A DNA stretch of 63,473 nucleotides, filler included, from Octopus bimaculoides (Eukaryota): the NCBI RefSeq assembly GCF_001194135.2. It is 8 parts of 7 records of this genome, joined end to end, with 100 filler letters (N's around TTAATTAATTAA, not from the genome) between each part and the next. Parts side by side here need not be neighbours in the genome. Positions count along the whole stretch, not along the records: positions 60,919 to 63,473 come from NW_026435809.1; 7 more parts are not named here. One strand, given 5' to 3'. A program made the position numbers and the translations under genes. Each line of letters begins with the position of its first letter. Position 1 is the first letter of the stretch. Below, in pieces: positions 62,720 through 63,473 of the stretch. The notes beneath the pieces were generated by a model. That model searched no databases, had not been told where the DNA came from, and saw only the letters and a program-made list of their open reading frames with translations.

Positions 62720-63075
62720 TCTCAGCTGCATCCTCACTACATGAGAAAAGCCATCACCAAGAAGACATACTGAAATGATTTGTGATTGTTGTTGTGATGC
62801 TCTTATATGACTGTTAAGCCCAGCAAAGTTTTTACACACTTTATTACATACCAGACAACTGTGCTGACTGGCCGGATAAACAGGTGTCACCATATGCACT
62901 CTCTTAACATGTCTTTTTAGACTTCGAACTGAGAGGCAAACCCTTCCACATTTTACACATGTTCTCTTATGAATTTTGATAGCCACATCATTGTTTATCA
63001 TGCGTCGATTTCCATGAGAGTTTTCATGGCTCACCAGGCCTGCATGACTCAAACGCTTCCGCTCACAAACATATA
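62720..63075 (-). mobile_element. Segment encoding three C2H2-like zinc fingers; probably the 3' end of an RTE-type LINE
   Basis: YVCERKRLSHAGLVSHENSH; CVKCGRVCLSVRSLKRHVKRVH; CLVCNKVCKNFAGLNSHIRAS; no TGEKP linkers; TA-rich on both sides. Confidence 0.55.
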
Positions 63076-63473
63076 GATACATATTTATGTATATAAATAT
63101 ATTCATATATATATAAATATATTCATATGTACATATATATATTCATATATATAGTTAAAGAATATACTTAAATCGTTATGTTAGAAAAATGTTATAAAAT
63201 TTTGTGTATAATAACATTGCTTTTGGAAAAATAACTGGCTTCGTATTTTATTTTCAAATTTCTCAAATTTCTTTATCTATATCGTGTCATGTCTTCGCTA
63301 TGTTGTGAAATATGGAGTTCCAGACAGGGGAAGGTAATAAGGGATTTTTTCCGGTATAAGGGAGATAATAAAAAATGTTGGGAATGACGAGGTTTGATTA
63401 ATAAAACATGTTATAGTTTAGAAGGAATAGAATGTTACAAGTGGTTAGGCTATATATATATATATATATATAT

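Overview
AT-rich, repeat-dominated animal genomic DNA from a draft scaffold with many N gaps. The SINE families, microsatellite load and transposon mix look like an octopod cephalopod; this is inferred from recalled repeat families, not a database match. There is no prokaryotic content, CRISPR array or rRNA gene. Only one host coding exon is well supported: a minus-strand terminal exon at 44830-45105 whose product I do not recognise. A few exon, microexon and promoter candidates are weaker. Most of the window is (i) at least three tRNA-derived SINE families with interchangeable heads and tails, (ii) LINE remnants (RTE, CR1-like, R4/Dong-like REL type) and Penelope-like GIY-YIG fragments, (iii) Tc1/mariner fossils and MITEs, including a near full-length DD37D (maT-type) copy, (iv) non-autonomous Helitron-like elements, (v) two tRNA pseudogenes and (vi) micro- and minisatellites. 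Nearly all other ORFs in the supplied track are microsatellite or N-gap artefacts. I cannot demonstrate a new biological system. The best leads are retroelements sitting in specific microsatellites (Dong-like in (TAA)n, RTE in (TA)n), an 84-bp Helitron with intact termini, a 3x ~60-bp E-box array ending in a TATA box, degenerate hammerhead-like motifs, CpG-depleted domains implying an unannotated gene body, and the orphan terminal exon. Coordinates of degraded repeats are approximate.
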